NCBI GenBank assembly: GCA_951406725.2
Contig: OX597814.1
Span: forward strand, 159,526,001-159,590,000
Length of the DNA stretch: 64,000 nucleotides
Direction: 5' to 3'
Origin: Octopus vulgaris
Lineage: Eukaryota
Shown: positions 24,760 through 37,476 of the stretch, piece by piece
Position numbering within the stretch: position 1 is the stretch's first letter
Layout of the letters: every line of letters starts with the position of its first letter
Notes under the pieces: generated by a model
What the model was told of the DNA's origin: nothing
What the model saw: the letters and a program-made list of their open reading frames with translations, nothing else
The model's database searches: none
Program-made: the position numbers and the translations under genes

Positions 24760-25960
24760 GAAGCAGCGAGTTTTGACACGAAGGCATCTGAGGGTTTCGT
24801 GCGTGAATTCCGTCAGCTCATCACAACTGAGGAGTACACCGCATAACAGGTGATGAAACTGACCTTTTGTTTTCAGAAAAAAAAATGCCCAGAAGAACCT
24901 ACATAACTGCAGAAAATGTCAGGCCACAAGCCCATGTGCCAATGTGATTGGAGACTTGAAGATTAAGCCGCTCTTTGTCTACCATTGCAAAACCACACGA
25001 ATGTTCAAAATCCTGAAGGAGAATCTACAGGTCATGTGGAGGGCAAATATTAAGATCTGGTTCACTAGGCAATTCTTTACCGAGTGGGTCAACCTTGTAT
25101 TCGGACCAACAGTGAAAAAGTACCTTCTGGAGAACGATCTTCCTCTTAAGGACCCCTCGTCCTCGACAATGCTCCTGCTCACCCTCTTAACCTCGAAGAT
25201 GCATTCTTAGACGAATTTGAATTCATCCATAAAAGTTCTGTACCCTTCACGCAACATAACCCCTATCTTGCAGCCTATGGACCAACAGGTGATTTCTAAT
25301 TTTAAGAAATTGCACACCAAACACCTGTTTCGTCGGTGCTTTGAACTCATCGAAAATGCAAATTTAACCCTTCGTGAGTTTAGGTAGGAGCACTACAACA
25401 TCGTTAACTGCTTGAAAATCATCGATATGGTCTGACAGGATGTAACGAGGAGAACGCTGAATTCTGCATGGTGGAAGTTGTGGCCCGACTGTGTATCCGA
25501 AAGAGACTTCGAGGGGTTTGAGTTTGAGACACCTGTAGTCGAGGAGATAGTGTCTCTTGGCAAGTCCATGGGCCTCGAGGTAGACGATGGTGTCATTAAC
25601 GATCTCGTCAAGGAACACTCAGCGGAGCTGACAACAGATGGACTCCTGCAGCTTCAGGAGCAGCAGCATTCGGAAGAGATTAGTTTTCTAGAGGAGGATA
25701 TTGTAGCGCAGAAGGCTATCTCTTCAAGTGACATAAAGCCAGTGTTGGCAAAGTGGCAGTATGTTCCTGAATTTGTAGAAAAAATCATCCTGAAAAAGTA
25801 TGTACAGGTTGTGCAACTACTTTATTTGATAACACTGCTCTGGCACATTTTCGTAACATTTTGAAAGGCAAGAAAAAGCAAACAAACTTATCTTGATATG
25901 TTTCTAATGATACGACCGGCAGGTGTAAAAAATGAAGAAGTGTGCCCCAAAAGCCTAAAC
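24760..25960 (+). pseudogene. Degenerate pogo/Tigger (TIGD1-like) transposase
   Basis: GDLKIKPLFVYH..VMWRANIKIWFTRQFFTEWV, LDNAPAHP, ILQPMDQQVISNFK and LWPDCV..DFEGFE motifs. Confidence 0.85.
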
Positions 25961-25999
25961 TAAGAGAAGTGAGAGAGAAAACGCATTAGTTACGAGAAG

Positions 26000-26830
26000 T
26001 TACAGAATTTTTCTCTGTCGGACAAGCCCGTTGTAGTTTAGGCTTCCACCGCTAGAAGCCACTTGGTGCAACCCTCAGACATCAGTCTGCCAACCGGCGG
26101 CGTCGGGGAAGCAAGTACTGCCATGTAGTGCGTCTTTGTTTTGCAGTGCTTCTCCACTGTCCGTCGATTTTTGCCATGGCTGAAATGAAAGAACAGAACG
26201 CGTCCCTGAAATTGTTTTCTGCTGGGGAAAACGGCGGCCAGAACAGTTGTCATGCTTCAAACAGGTTTCAAGAACGCTGCTTTGTGCAAAACTCAAGTTT
26301 ACAACTGGTTTTCACTCTTTAGGAACGATCACTTGTCACTTGAAGACCAGTCTTGTTCAGGGCGGCCGTCGACTTCGCGAACGAATGCAAAAATCACGAA
26401 AGTTCATGAACTGATATCGGAGGACTGTCACTGAACAATTGACGAACTTCTTAATATGACCGATGTGTCTTAGAGCTCCTGCCAACGAATTTTGAACGAG
26501 GAATTGCAAATGAAAAAAGTTGCAGCATAATTTGTGCCTCGCTTGCTCACGGAAGATCAAAAACAGTAATGACTGAATGTGTGTCGCGCACTGAAAGAAC
26601 AGTTGGAAGTTGATCCGGACCCTTTTTGTTACCCCCAATGAAAAAAGTCCTTAATGGAAAACTTTTTGTAGATGAAGGAAAAAAACGACGAAGGCGTTAA
26701 AAAGCATCGCTCTTCAAGAGTTCCAGCACTGCTTCGAATAGTGGAAAACGGGCCTGTACCGATGCACTGCTTCAAGCGGAGAATAATTTGAAGGCGATAA
26801 ACGTGTAAACATATAAAACTAAGTAAATAA
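26000..26830 (+). mobile_element. Internally deleted mariner element
   Basis: MLQTGFKNAALCKTQVYNWFSLFRN..LEDQSCSGRPSTS and KVAA*FVPRLLTEDQK motifs. Confidence 0.8.
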
Positions 26831-27023
26831 TATATCAAAATGATGCACAAACACTGCATCAGATCCAAATTGGATTATGGTAGCATTCCCTTCAGGATTC
26901 CAGTCTCACAATAGTAAACTAGTGGACATGTATTTAGATTCCTTTTAAAGCATGTGCCTTCGGTTTTATTAATGGATGAATGTAATATGTTATTTTTCAG
27001 ACTTATGGAAATACTATAGCCAA

Positions 27024-27187
27024 TTTTTCGATGTGGTGTCTATCAAAAAAAAAAAAAAAAAACTGTGTATATTTACGACTAAGAGGAAAGTGTTTGTCTA
27101 TTAGAGTTTTTTCGATATGGTGTCTATCAAAAAAAAAAAAAAACTTTCTATATTTACGACTAAGAGGAAAGTGTTTGTCTATTAGGG
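27024..27187. repeat. Direct tandem duplication of about 83 bp
   Basis: ttttcgat.tggtgtctatc(A)n..tatatttacgactaagaggaaagtgtttgtctattag occurs twice. Confidence 0.9.
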
Positions 27188-27441
27188 TTAGGTGTCTTCC
27201 TATTTTAAATTCTACATTGAGTGAAAATGGGTGTGTGCATCATTTGATATTACAGTGCTTCATTTTAATTATCCTTTATCATTTTAATTAATAATCCTTT
27301 AGCTACTAAGACAGAGGATTGCCTTATTGAATTTTTCCTCATTGGCGGTCATACAAGGGATGTGGCTAAGGTTCATAAACACCAAAGGGTGTTTCATTTG
27401 GTTTGCTGAAGGTTTATGCAATCTAGTTCTTAAACATATTA

Positions 27442-27503
<62 letters not shown>
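27442..27503. repeat. (AAT)n microsatellite
   Basis: Direct read. Confidence 0.95.
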
Positions 27504-27504
<1 letters not shown>

Positions 27505-28458
27505 TGTGTACAGTGCTCGGGTGCACTACAACTCATCTAAAGTGTAACAAGGAAGTGTAATGTGTAGTATCTTTGCTGTATTTCTCAATTTGTTTTATGT
27601 CATATTTGAGCTTAGTCTGGAAGGCTATATGAAAATTAATCTGCGTTACCAGATCTAGGAAGATTGATTCAAAGGGTCCCTGAGTCTTAATTCGCAGAGG
27701 GCAGTTCTGTGTTTTGACACTATGACTGTATAATAATGTATCATTTATGCCAGAGTAAAAAAAAGAGAAAGTTTGCTTTCTTGTATATGCATTGAACTAG
27801 ACCTTCATTTTTACACTGTACTTTCCTGACTTTCCTGGTCAACTACTTTACAGAGTGTATTGAGTGCTTTTACACAGCACCGGAATGAGTGCGTTTACGT
27901 GGTACCAGTATGAGTGTTTTTTTACATGGCACCAGCACCCACGAGCCCGCAGGTTAGGAATGCTCACCTGTATGTGCACATAAGTTTGGTTGAATAATCA
28001 AGAGATACAAAACTTAAGACACGAGTACAGAGTACATGCACATTTTTATTTTTTTAATTGGCAGAAAGATATTAAAGTGACTTGAGGGCATAACACTTAT
28101 CAAACTCTTGATCAGTGACAAACACGGAACTCTCAGCTCTTGAGTCACTTATGCAAGTTTTTCCCATTAATGAAAAAATAAGTATATATGTTTGTGTTTA
28201 TATGAGGTTTGTAAAGAAAGAAATTGTTCTTTCCAGAGATGTCTTACATCCTAGCTTCCTCCGGTTTATCCATATATCTGTGAATTTATTGGAATTTGTT
28301 TCTCTGTGTTAGCCCTGAAGAGATCTCTACCTTTTGAATTTATAATACAATTGTTAATTGTAAGGCCTCATATAATCGACAGTTATGCAAATAAATTGAT
28401 TTTGCTAAATTAAAACTCTCCATTTTCTTTATATTATACTGCTATATATGTGTGTATA

Positions 28459-28544
<86 letters not shown>

Positions 28545-28547
<3 letters not shown>

Positions 28548-28751
28548 ATCTCTTGAGCACCACCAGCAAAAATATTTTTTTCCTCTGTCTTCCCTGCTCG
28601 GGATCTTTCCTTCTCCTTTATTTCCGACGAAGAGCTCCGCTCGAAACGTTAAAACCCTCCTTCCCTTCTTTCCTGAGCGTCAAATAATACTTTAATTGTT
28701 CCACGTCCTCACGTTATGTGTTTTTTTTTCTGTGTTTTCTTGTTTAGATTA

Positions 28752-28756
<5 letters not shown>
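28545..28756 (+). mobile_element. Short Penelope-like terminal element between (TA)n tracts, with hammerhead-like fold
   Basis: ttt CCGACGA a GAGC tcc GCTC GAAAC GTT aaa at 28621-28653; related to 6564-6691 and about 37070-37360. Confidence 0.55.
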
Positions 28757-28833
<77 letters not shown>

Positions 28834-29247
28834 CATATGTGTGTATGTGCATGTATGTATATGACAGCATATATACATGTTTTCACACTCATCAATACAT
28901 ATACACACATGCTATCTTTCGTTTTGTCAACTGAAAGGACCTTGTCCGTTTTTTATTCTTTGCATCTAATGTTAAACTAGAAATGTTTTGCTAGCGACCT
29001 AGTAACTGTAACCTAAAACTTTTGCCGTACGCTATTCCTGTTATTTGATTCCTTTTAATGATAGCCTAACCATGAGTTTATTGGTTACGTATGCTCAGCA
29101 AAATATTTTAAAATTGAAGCTAAAACAACCCAATTGTTTAACGGCAGCAAGGCAAGAAAAGAAAATTTTGTAAGCTGATATATATATATATACACACACA
29201 CACTTATATACATACGCACATATATGCATTTATACACTCATATCTAT

Positions 29248-29278
<31 letters not shown>

Positions 29279-29284
29279 CACAAA

Positions 29285-29345
29285 AAGGCGGTGCTCCAGC
29301 ATGGCCGCAGTCAAATGACTAAACCAAGTAAAAGAATAAAAGAAT
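29285..29345 (+). mobile_element. LINE/SINE 3' tail
   Basis: ggcggtgctccagcatggccgcag..aagtaaaagaataaaagaata matches the 3' end of the LINE at 37477. Confidence 0.75.
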
Positions 29346-29399
29346 ATATATTATATATATATATATACAGACATATATGCATATATAGTTGTCGAACAA

Positions 29400-29792
29400 T
29401 TCATGAGTTAAAAAAAAAAGATAAAACCAAGCACGGATAAATTGGTAAAAAGAGTGAGCTAATCGGGTTGCATACTAAGATTTGAAAACAATCGGCATTC
29501 ATCAGAAAATGATGAAAGGAACAGTATGACGTGGGTTCTTTGCTTCTGGAGATCTGAAAAGGTCATATCCGGTCAGCTGGTCGTATAGCTATTGTAAAAG
29601 CTGGAACAAAATTGTCCCTGAGGGAAAAGAAATTTTTTGTACACCGGAGTAACATCCTTGAATTGGGAGCAAATAAAGCCACCACATTATTTGCTTCTAG
29701 CGTGGGGTTGAGGCTGGAGTGAAGTAGAAATGCAAGAAAGTGGAAATAAAAGATAGCGGAAGATTAATTTCCTCATCATGTAACGTCGTGTG

Positions 29793-29851
<59 letters not shown>

Positions 29852-30900
29852 CAGTTAAGTGTGGTAAGCCTTATACTGATTTCGGTGACAAAAAAAAACC
29901 CGATATGGGTGCTCGAATGCTTATATTTATGGTGCAGTCGGTCAGTATTGTAGGACAAATCTGCGTTTATAAGGGCAGGATCGGAAAATTCTACTCTTAC
30001 AGTTAAAGTAATAAAAGGGTGGAGATAGTTCTTTACTATGATCCTTTTCGCAGCTAAGCAGGGCCTGCCTCTCTTACAATTTTTATCGTAAGGTTGGCAC
30101 TTTTCCACTATCCTCCACTTGAGATCGTAATACGCAGCGTTCTTCCTCAACACCCATATATGCCTCGCTAGGGATGTGACATTCCCCCTCTCTAGGATGG
30201 TAAAAAGGGGAGGACTTTTGGTTGTTGAGTCTGGCTCTAAAGGGATCTTCTGTCGCACCCACATATTTTCACACGTCCGTCACTCCATGTGGATCATCTC
30301 AACTTCACACAGGACAGTTTCTGCATTGCAATGGCCGTTAAGTGGATACACAGTGTTATCTCTGCATCGGCAGCCTGCCCCTATTTTAGATTTGAGCCTA
30401 CTTGTTAGTATTTTCTTCTAAGAGGGACCCTCAAGCTGTGCTTATTAAATATTTTTTATACTAATGTGTTTGGGAAAAGTGTTCATGGACTAAACTAAGA
30501 CAGATACTGCTTACACAGTTCTTTCGTTCAGAGAAAATGGGGTTGTAGACCATATGGCTTGATGGTGGGATTTTCTCTTGGAGAGGGCAGGGTCGAGTAC
30601 CTCAGAAAGTGGTGCTACCCCGTTAATGCTCCCTTGATAGTAGTAATTACACATAGCATTGTTTATTGGTTTATTAAACACCCTGGAATAGTGTAACCCT
30701 ACAATAATCAAGAAAAGTTCATGGCGCTGTTTCGAATTTTGTATACATAACATAGCGGACAAAGTGAAATAAACTGCATCGATTGAAAGGGAAAAGTGAA
30801 CGATTAATCGTTAATAATCGGTAAAAGATATAAAAAATTGATAATAAAGGGTATTCGTAAAATGCAGTTGATTTATTTTAATAGTTCTGCTTTTTGTTTT
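29400..30900 (-). mobile_element. Degenerate Penelope-like element (GIY-YIG C-terminal region)
   Basis: TSLARHIWVLRK..YDLKWRIVEKCQPYDKNCKRGRPCLA aligns by eye with TGLSKLIWNLKD..HLEWLILSISIPYDKGKKFCLLC in the 61734 ORF. Confidence 0.7.
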
Positions 30901-31018
30901 GTTTTTAATTATTTATCCGAACGTTTAATAGCAGAAGATAAAATAGAAATAAAACCTGCGAAATCAATTTTGGTATAAAACATGAGCGCGCACGCCCCCT
31001 CTCTTTCTTTCTCTCTCT

Positions 31019-31092
<74 letters not shown>

Positions 31093-31410
31093 TATGCAAA
31101 CCGCATTTAGGTACACATACATGCACTATGACAGTTGGCACCGTCATTTCACTTTCAGTCGGTGCACTTAGTTTCTTATAATCCGCCATATTATATTACA
31201 TATTATATTACATAAGCCCGAATGATTGCTCAGTTTATTCTACCCAACATTATAATTTGGAATATACGTTAACAAAAAGTTCAAATACGAACACTCTAAA
31301 ACGAACTATTCGTATCATAGAACCAGTGTCTCATTATTGCCAAGTTGATATTTGGAATATACGCTAACAAAGGATTCTCTCTTACGCGTTGACGTCAAAA
31401 CAAATAAAAC

Positions 31411-31557
31411 AGTTCTATATTTAAGAGATGAGAAATTATGTACATTATTTACATTATTTATATTCGACGGAAGACGGCTGGAGGGTATATCAGCCGAAAC
31501 GTTGTGTTAACAACAAACGAGATGAGGACAAATATCTGTCGAATGTAAATAATGTAA
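31411..31557. mobile_element. Truncated inverted copy of the hammerhead-containing short element
   Basis: The inverted 3' end (31411-31470) is joined to ggctggagggtatatcagccgaaacgttgtgttaacaac. Confidence 0.75.
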
Positions 31558-31692
31558 AAACAAATAAACTTTCTCATTTTCACTATCGTAATATAGTCAA
31601 TATCATTAAAAAGGATGATGGCACATTATTTCCAATTAAGTGTTAAATACTTGTTTTCTTTATTTGAGATAAAAAATTTCATGTTTATTTCT

Positions 31693-31969
31693 GACTGTGT
31701 GGCAAGAAGTTTTGCTTCCCAACCGCCTGGTTCTGTGCTCAGTCCCACGGAGAGGCACCTTGAACGAGCGTCTTCTATAGAGCCTCAAGACGTCCAAAGC
31801 CTCGTGAATAGATTTCGTAGACAGAAACTGAAAGAAGCCCGTAGTGTGCATATATATATATGTTTAATTTTCAAGGAAGGATCCGTAGAAATAGTTACCA
31901 GGGTAGCCAAATGTCACATAAGCACTTTTAAGATATTAGTAACCACACGTGTGTATATAAATATGTAAT

Positions 31970-32010
<41 letters not shown>

Positions 32011-32180
32011 ATTTGTCCTTCTTGACAATCGGTTTTGGCGTGTTTACGTCCTCGAAACTTAGCAGTTCAGCAAAAGAGTACCAGGCTTTGAAAGAATAAG
32101 TACTGAGGCTGATTTGTTCGTCTAAAATTCTTCCAGACGGTGCCTCAACATAGCCGCAGACTGAAATAAGTAAAGAGTAA
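31693..32180 (+). mobile_element. tRNA-derived SINE (third family) with LINE-type tail and a small internal insertion
   Basis: gtgtggcaagaagttttgcttcccaacc..gaaactgaaagaagccc, (GT)n, tail cggtgcctcaacatagccgcagactgaaataagtaaa; 31870-31950 resembles the Penelope end near 61305. Confidence 0.7.
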
Positions 32181-32386
32181 TACACACACACACACACACA
32201 CACACATGCATATACATACTTATATACCAATCGGTTTCACACTTCATACCACATTAAATAATGGTGTCTTCAGTAGAGTCGTGAATGGAGCGATTTTGAT
32301 CATACGTTTGTTGGGTCAAGGCTGATCAGCAACTAAGCTCCTCCTCCCCTTCCCCTTCCTGTTCCGCCTCCTGCTCCTCCCCCCCC

Positions 32387-32454
<68 letters not shown>

Positions 32455-32526
32455 ACTACTACTACTACTACAACTACCACCACCAACACCACCACCACCA
32501 CCACCACCACCACCACCACCACCACC

Positions 32527-32567
<41 letters not shown>
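32387..32567. repeat. Compound trinucleotide microsatellite (CTA)n(CTG)n(CCA)n
   Basis: Direct read. Confidence 0.95.
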
Positions 32568-32569
<2 letters not shown>

Positions 32570-33189
32570 GACATTCATTGAATTGATACTACAAGTGAAT
32601 ATATATATATATATATATATATGTATATTTATATATTTATATATATGTATATGTATAATTCTTAGTGTACTAAATCTACTAAACCCATTGGCACCTCTCG
32701 GTGTTGAGCATTTAATTCTATAAAATCAAGTATCTATGATCTCAGATGGCAGTATAAGTGTTTTTGACCTAAAAGAACGGGGACATGAGAATTGGAGCGC
32801 AGCAGGAATTTTATTTATAGTTATATTAACAGTATCAATTCAGTGAGCCTTCATCAAGTGGTATAACCTTTTACTTGATTATATTCTGTTTTCTAAAAAA
32901 TATACTATTTCTATTAGAAAAACAAGATTTTATAAATGAGCCGACGACTTGGTAGAAATAGTAGCTAAACCTCTCTCTCAAACTTCGCTTGATAATCTTA
33001 GAAGAACATCCTTGTATAAATGTAACCAGAAGCGCATTGATGTTACTCCACCCACCAAAAAAAACAAAAAAAACAAAACAAACAAGCAAACAAACAAACA
33101 AACAAAAGGGGGATGATTATAGCTGGGATGTTTTTTCATCATAGGTTTGTTTAGTCAGGGCCGGCCAAGGGCTAAAGAAAACGAGAAAG

Positions 33190-33386
33190 CAAAGAGGAAG
33201 AAGGAGAAGAAGAAGAAGAAGAAGAAGAAGAAGGAGAAGGAGAAGAAGCAGAAGAAGAAGAAGAAGAAGAAGAAGAAGAACAACAACAACAACAACAACA
33301 ACAACAGCAACAACAACAACCGCAATAGCAACAACAACAACCGCAATAGCAACAACAACAGCAACAACTGCAGCAGCAGCAGCAGC

Positions 33387-33417
<31 letters not shown>

Positions 33418-33675
33418 GCAGCAGCAGCAGCAGCAGCAATAGCAACAACAACAACAGCAATAGCAACAACAACAACAGCAGCAGCAGCAATAGCAACAAC
33501 AACAACCGCAATAGCAGCAGCAACAACAACAACAACAACAGCAACAGCAACAACAACAACAACAACAACAGCAACAGCAACAACAACAACAACAGCAATA
33601 GCAACAACAACAACAGCAATAGCAACAACAACAACAACAACAACAACAGCAACAACAATAACAACGACGACGACT

Positions 33676-33741
<66 letters not shown>

Positions 33742-33765
33742 CCACCACCACCAAAAGCAACAACA
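33190..33765. repeat. Long compound trinucleotide repeat (AAG)n(AAC/AGC/AAT)n
   Basis: Direct read; source of the spurious poly-K/N/V/L ORFs. Confidence 0.95.
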
Positions 33766-33784
33766 GTATGATTATACAATCAGA

Positions 33785-33930
33785 TAGGTCGACTTTGCCT
33801 TTCATCCTTTCGAGGTGTCGATAAATTAAGTACCAGTTACGCACTGGATTCGATGTAATCGACTTAATCAGTTTGTCTGTCCTTGTTTGACCCCTCTGTG
33901 TTTAGCCCCTTGTGGGTAGTAAAGAAATAG
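33785..33930 (+). mobile_element. SINE 3' half
   Basis: ggtcgactttgcctttcatcctttcg..gtgggtagtaaagaaatag. Confidence 0.85.
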
Positions 33931-34170
33931 ATTATACAATCAGTTCAATGACTAAAACAAGTAAAAGATACAATCTCATTATATTGGTTGTACGCAACCT
34001 ACAAAGCTTTTTTTTTCTGAAATTTTCCAACTGTAAAGGTAATTTATGCATACGCCTGTGCCTATACATTTATAGTTTTAATTAACATTTAACTATTCAT
34101 TGCTCATGCAGAAGGCACCCCTGGGAAAATTCCTCTATGTCGTTAAGAAATATAACCCTTCTCTAAAATA

Positions 34171-34680
34171 TCTATATATATAAAACTCTAGTTGTGTGAG
34201 TGTCTGTTCCCTTCGATTTAGATTCCTAACTCCTCCCACATTTTGCGGTGCAGTTTAACCAAATTCGGGTATCTTATAGTCGTGATTCATATCGAGCCCG
34301 TCTGGCTATTAGCGCGCGTCAACGATGAGTCTACGATTTTAAAAATAATTTAACATCATTTTTTATTCCATTTTAATGCATAATTTTTCGTGTGTCGATG
34401 GCGGCGGAGTTGGCGTCCACGCTCACAGCTGCATCTGTTTGCTTCTCCACCTTCCCTCCCTCGTGAAGCTGTGGGGAAGGGAGTGTAAAGAAATCAACGT
34501 CGTAATGCGTTGTCAAGGAGACCAGCGTTCTTTTAGAACAACGACTTCATGGCTTGAAGACACCAAAACAGAAATGGCTAAGAAAGCCCGAATTGGCATC
34601 TATAAGGGAAGTAACTCTCTAAAAATGCTTATATAGTTATTTCCCTTACAAACCCGAGCAACGCCGGGCGATACTGCTAG
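34171..34680 (+). mobile_element. Non-autonomous Helitron
   Basis: 5' A|TC start, 3' CTAG|T end, GC-rich subterminal hairpin cccgagcaacgccggg about 12 nt before the end, no TSD. Confidence 0.8.
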
Positions 34681-34728
34681 TTCTTTATACGTATGCCATG
34701 ATGATAGGAATATCGCACTGTATCTGGT

Positions 34729-35142
34729 GGCGGCGAGCTGGCAGAAACGTTAGCACGCCGGGCGAAATGCTTAGCGGTATTTCGTCTGTCGTTACGTTGT
34801 TAGTTCAAATTCCGCCGAGGTTGACTTTGCCTTTCATCCTTTCGGGGTCGATAAATTAAGTACCAGTTCCGCACTGGGGTCGATGTAATCGACTTAATAC
34901 CTATGTCTGTTCTTGTTTGTCCCCTCTATGTTTAGCCCCTTGTGGGTAATAAAGAAATAGGTATTTCGTCTGCGTTACGTTGTGAGTTCAAATTCCGCCG
35001 AGGTCGACTTTGCCTTTCATCCTTTCGGGGTCGATAAATTAAGTACCAGTTACGCACTGGAGTCGATGTAATCGACTTAATACCTATGTTTGTCCTTGTT
35101 TGTCCCCTCTGTGTTTAGCCCCTTGTGGGTAATAAAGAAATA
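34729..35142 (+). mobile_element. tRNA-derived SINE dimer
   Basis: Head ggcggcgagctggcagaaacgttagcacgccggg followed by two tandem bodies. Confidence 0.92.
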
Positions 35143-36349
35143 AGTAATATAGATATGTTGGAGTATCCTGTAATATATTTCAAGTTTGTATTTTGTTTTT
35201 AATGTACCCTAAAATTTCGTTAAGGAAACAATATTGTACTCCTTTCGTTCAGCTTATGTATGTGCAACCAGGCAAGGTGCAGCCAAAACTATGCTATACA
35301 GAATGCCCTTCTTTCCTTAAAAAAAAAAGAAGAATAGTGTGTAATTTGAGAGAGAATCGAGAGCTATTTCTAGAGGATTAATCAACTGAAGAAAAGTTCC
35401 CTCCGTTGAGGAAGGCGATTGAGAACATCTGAATATTTAATACGATGTAGTTTCTCCAGATTATGCCTGATTTGAAATCCTACTGGAGTCTTTTTTTTAG
35501 CTCTTCGTACTTTCGAAATTAATTGAATATATTAATTCTGTTTCTTCCCTAAAGGTATACCTAGATGGAATTTAACATACTTAATGTAGGGAGCAAAGAA
35601 AGAAGTTTTAATCAATTGGAAGAATGAGAAGAATAGCCATTAGAATTTATGATGGTTCTCATAGACCGAGACAGAGGAAAAAACCTGAAATTATTTAAAA
35701 TTAAAACTTGAAGAGAAGAAATGCAGTGGGAACTGAGTTTGATCTTTGGTTCAGGCAGTAGCATTCTCGGATATGTTTCGGTCTTATTATACCTCCACAG
35801 CAAAGGATTACATAGAGGATACTTATCAGGCATTAAAATGACTGAGAACATAGCAATTTTAGCGTAAAACCTTCACAGATGAAGTAGTTTAAATAGTGAT
35901 AGTTGTCTCTTGTATTTTTGATTATAGGGTTAAGTGGTGATTAACATAGCAGTCAACTCATTGCTTTAAATCAATTTCTAATCAATAAAACACATACCCC
36001 CGACATTCACACACGCACAGAATTGTTTTGTAGTATCTAGTGACAAGCAACGTAGAGTAGCAGGACTTTCTTAGTGTGGTGAGCCCAATTTCTTTGTGAA
36101 TCGCTTTCGAAAGTTACATGTGACAAGGATTTAATTGTTATCATATTACTAACGCCCTCGAAAAAGATATAAAATTTCTCTTCTATCGCGTCTATAAATA
36201 TGAGGTTTAGTAGCTATTAAAAATAAATTTATATTCTAAAATATTAGTAGGATCTGTTATTGTTGTGAAGCATAATCTATCCGCGAGACGATATTTGATG
36301 TTATTCCTCTAGTTTCGTTAAAACAAGCAATCTATCACAACTAATTGTA

Positions 36350-37065
36350 ATCTATCTATCGATCTGTCTGTCTGTTTATGTTATGTTTGTATGTATGTAT
36401 GTATGTATGTATGTATGTATGTATGTATGTATGTATGTATGTATGTATGTATGTATGTATGTATGTTTGTGTGTATGTATGCATGCATGTATGTATGTAT
36501 GTATGTATGTATGTATGTATGTATGTATGTATGTATGTATGCATGCATGCATGTATGTATGTATGTATGTATGTATGTATGTATGTATGTATGTATCTAT
36601 CTATCTATCTATCTATTTTGTCTGTCTGTCTGTATGTCTGTTTGTATGTATGCCTACACCAGCGCAGCTACACACACTCCACCTCACCCTCTCTCCATCT
36701 CAAGCACGCACGCGCGCACGCGAACACGCACACGCACACACACACATGAATCCACTTACATCTCCACTCACACACACACACACATGTGCACACATATACA
36801 CGCGCATACATACTCTTCCACATATACACGCACGCGCGCCCATAGACACACACATCCTCACACGCTCACACGTAGACACACACATATATATACAGAGAGA
36901 GAGAGAGAGAGCGACAGAGTGACACAGACCCACACACGCACACATACACATGTGCACACACACACACGCAGTTTCTGCCACACACACACACATACACGCT
37001 ACCATACCTACACACGCTACCATACATACACACGCTACCACACACATACACACACGCACGGATAC
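36350..37065. repeat. (TATG)n/(TCTA)n and degenerate (CA)n low-complexity tract
   Basis: Direct read. Confidence 0.9.
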
Positions 37066-37476
37066 ACATACCGACCATTTTTACACTCTCCTGCCCCTGA
37101 AAGCACTTTCTCTTTGTCCTTCTACTTCTGGTCACTTCAAAAATGTAACCACACGTGGATTATTGGCGATTTTTTTCCTGCTTCTTCCTTCTTCCCATTG
37201 GACTTTACTGTTTTTCCTGCTTCCAAAGAAGAGCTATACTCGAAATGTAAAACAACTACTCTTTTCCTTCTCCGAGCGTCATATTAATACTTTGCTACGT
37301 CCTCACGTTTCTTCTTTTCTTCTTCCCCTGTTTCTTTCTGTGTTTTTTAAATTAACTATGTATGTGCAGGAAAGATCCGTCCATCCATCCATCCATCCAT
37401 CCATCCATCCATCCATCCATCCATCCATCCATACATACATACATACATACATACATACATACTTACATACATATAT

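Noticed and set aside
29465-29510. ctgatga on the minus strand near the degenerate Penelope fragment as a hammerhead
   Set aside because: No intact GAAA core or convincing stems; at most a decayed relic
33117-33824. Long poly-K/N/S, poly-V and poly-L ORFs
   Set aside because: Translations of a compound trinucleotide microsatellite with no splice or domain evidence
35400-35900. 79-aa minus ORF as a host exon
   Set aside because: No recognisable domain; TIINSNGY is weakly reminiscent of a decayed Penelope thumb region, which is not enough to call
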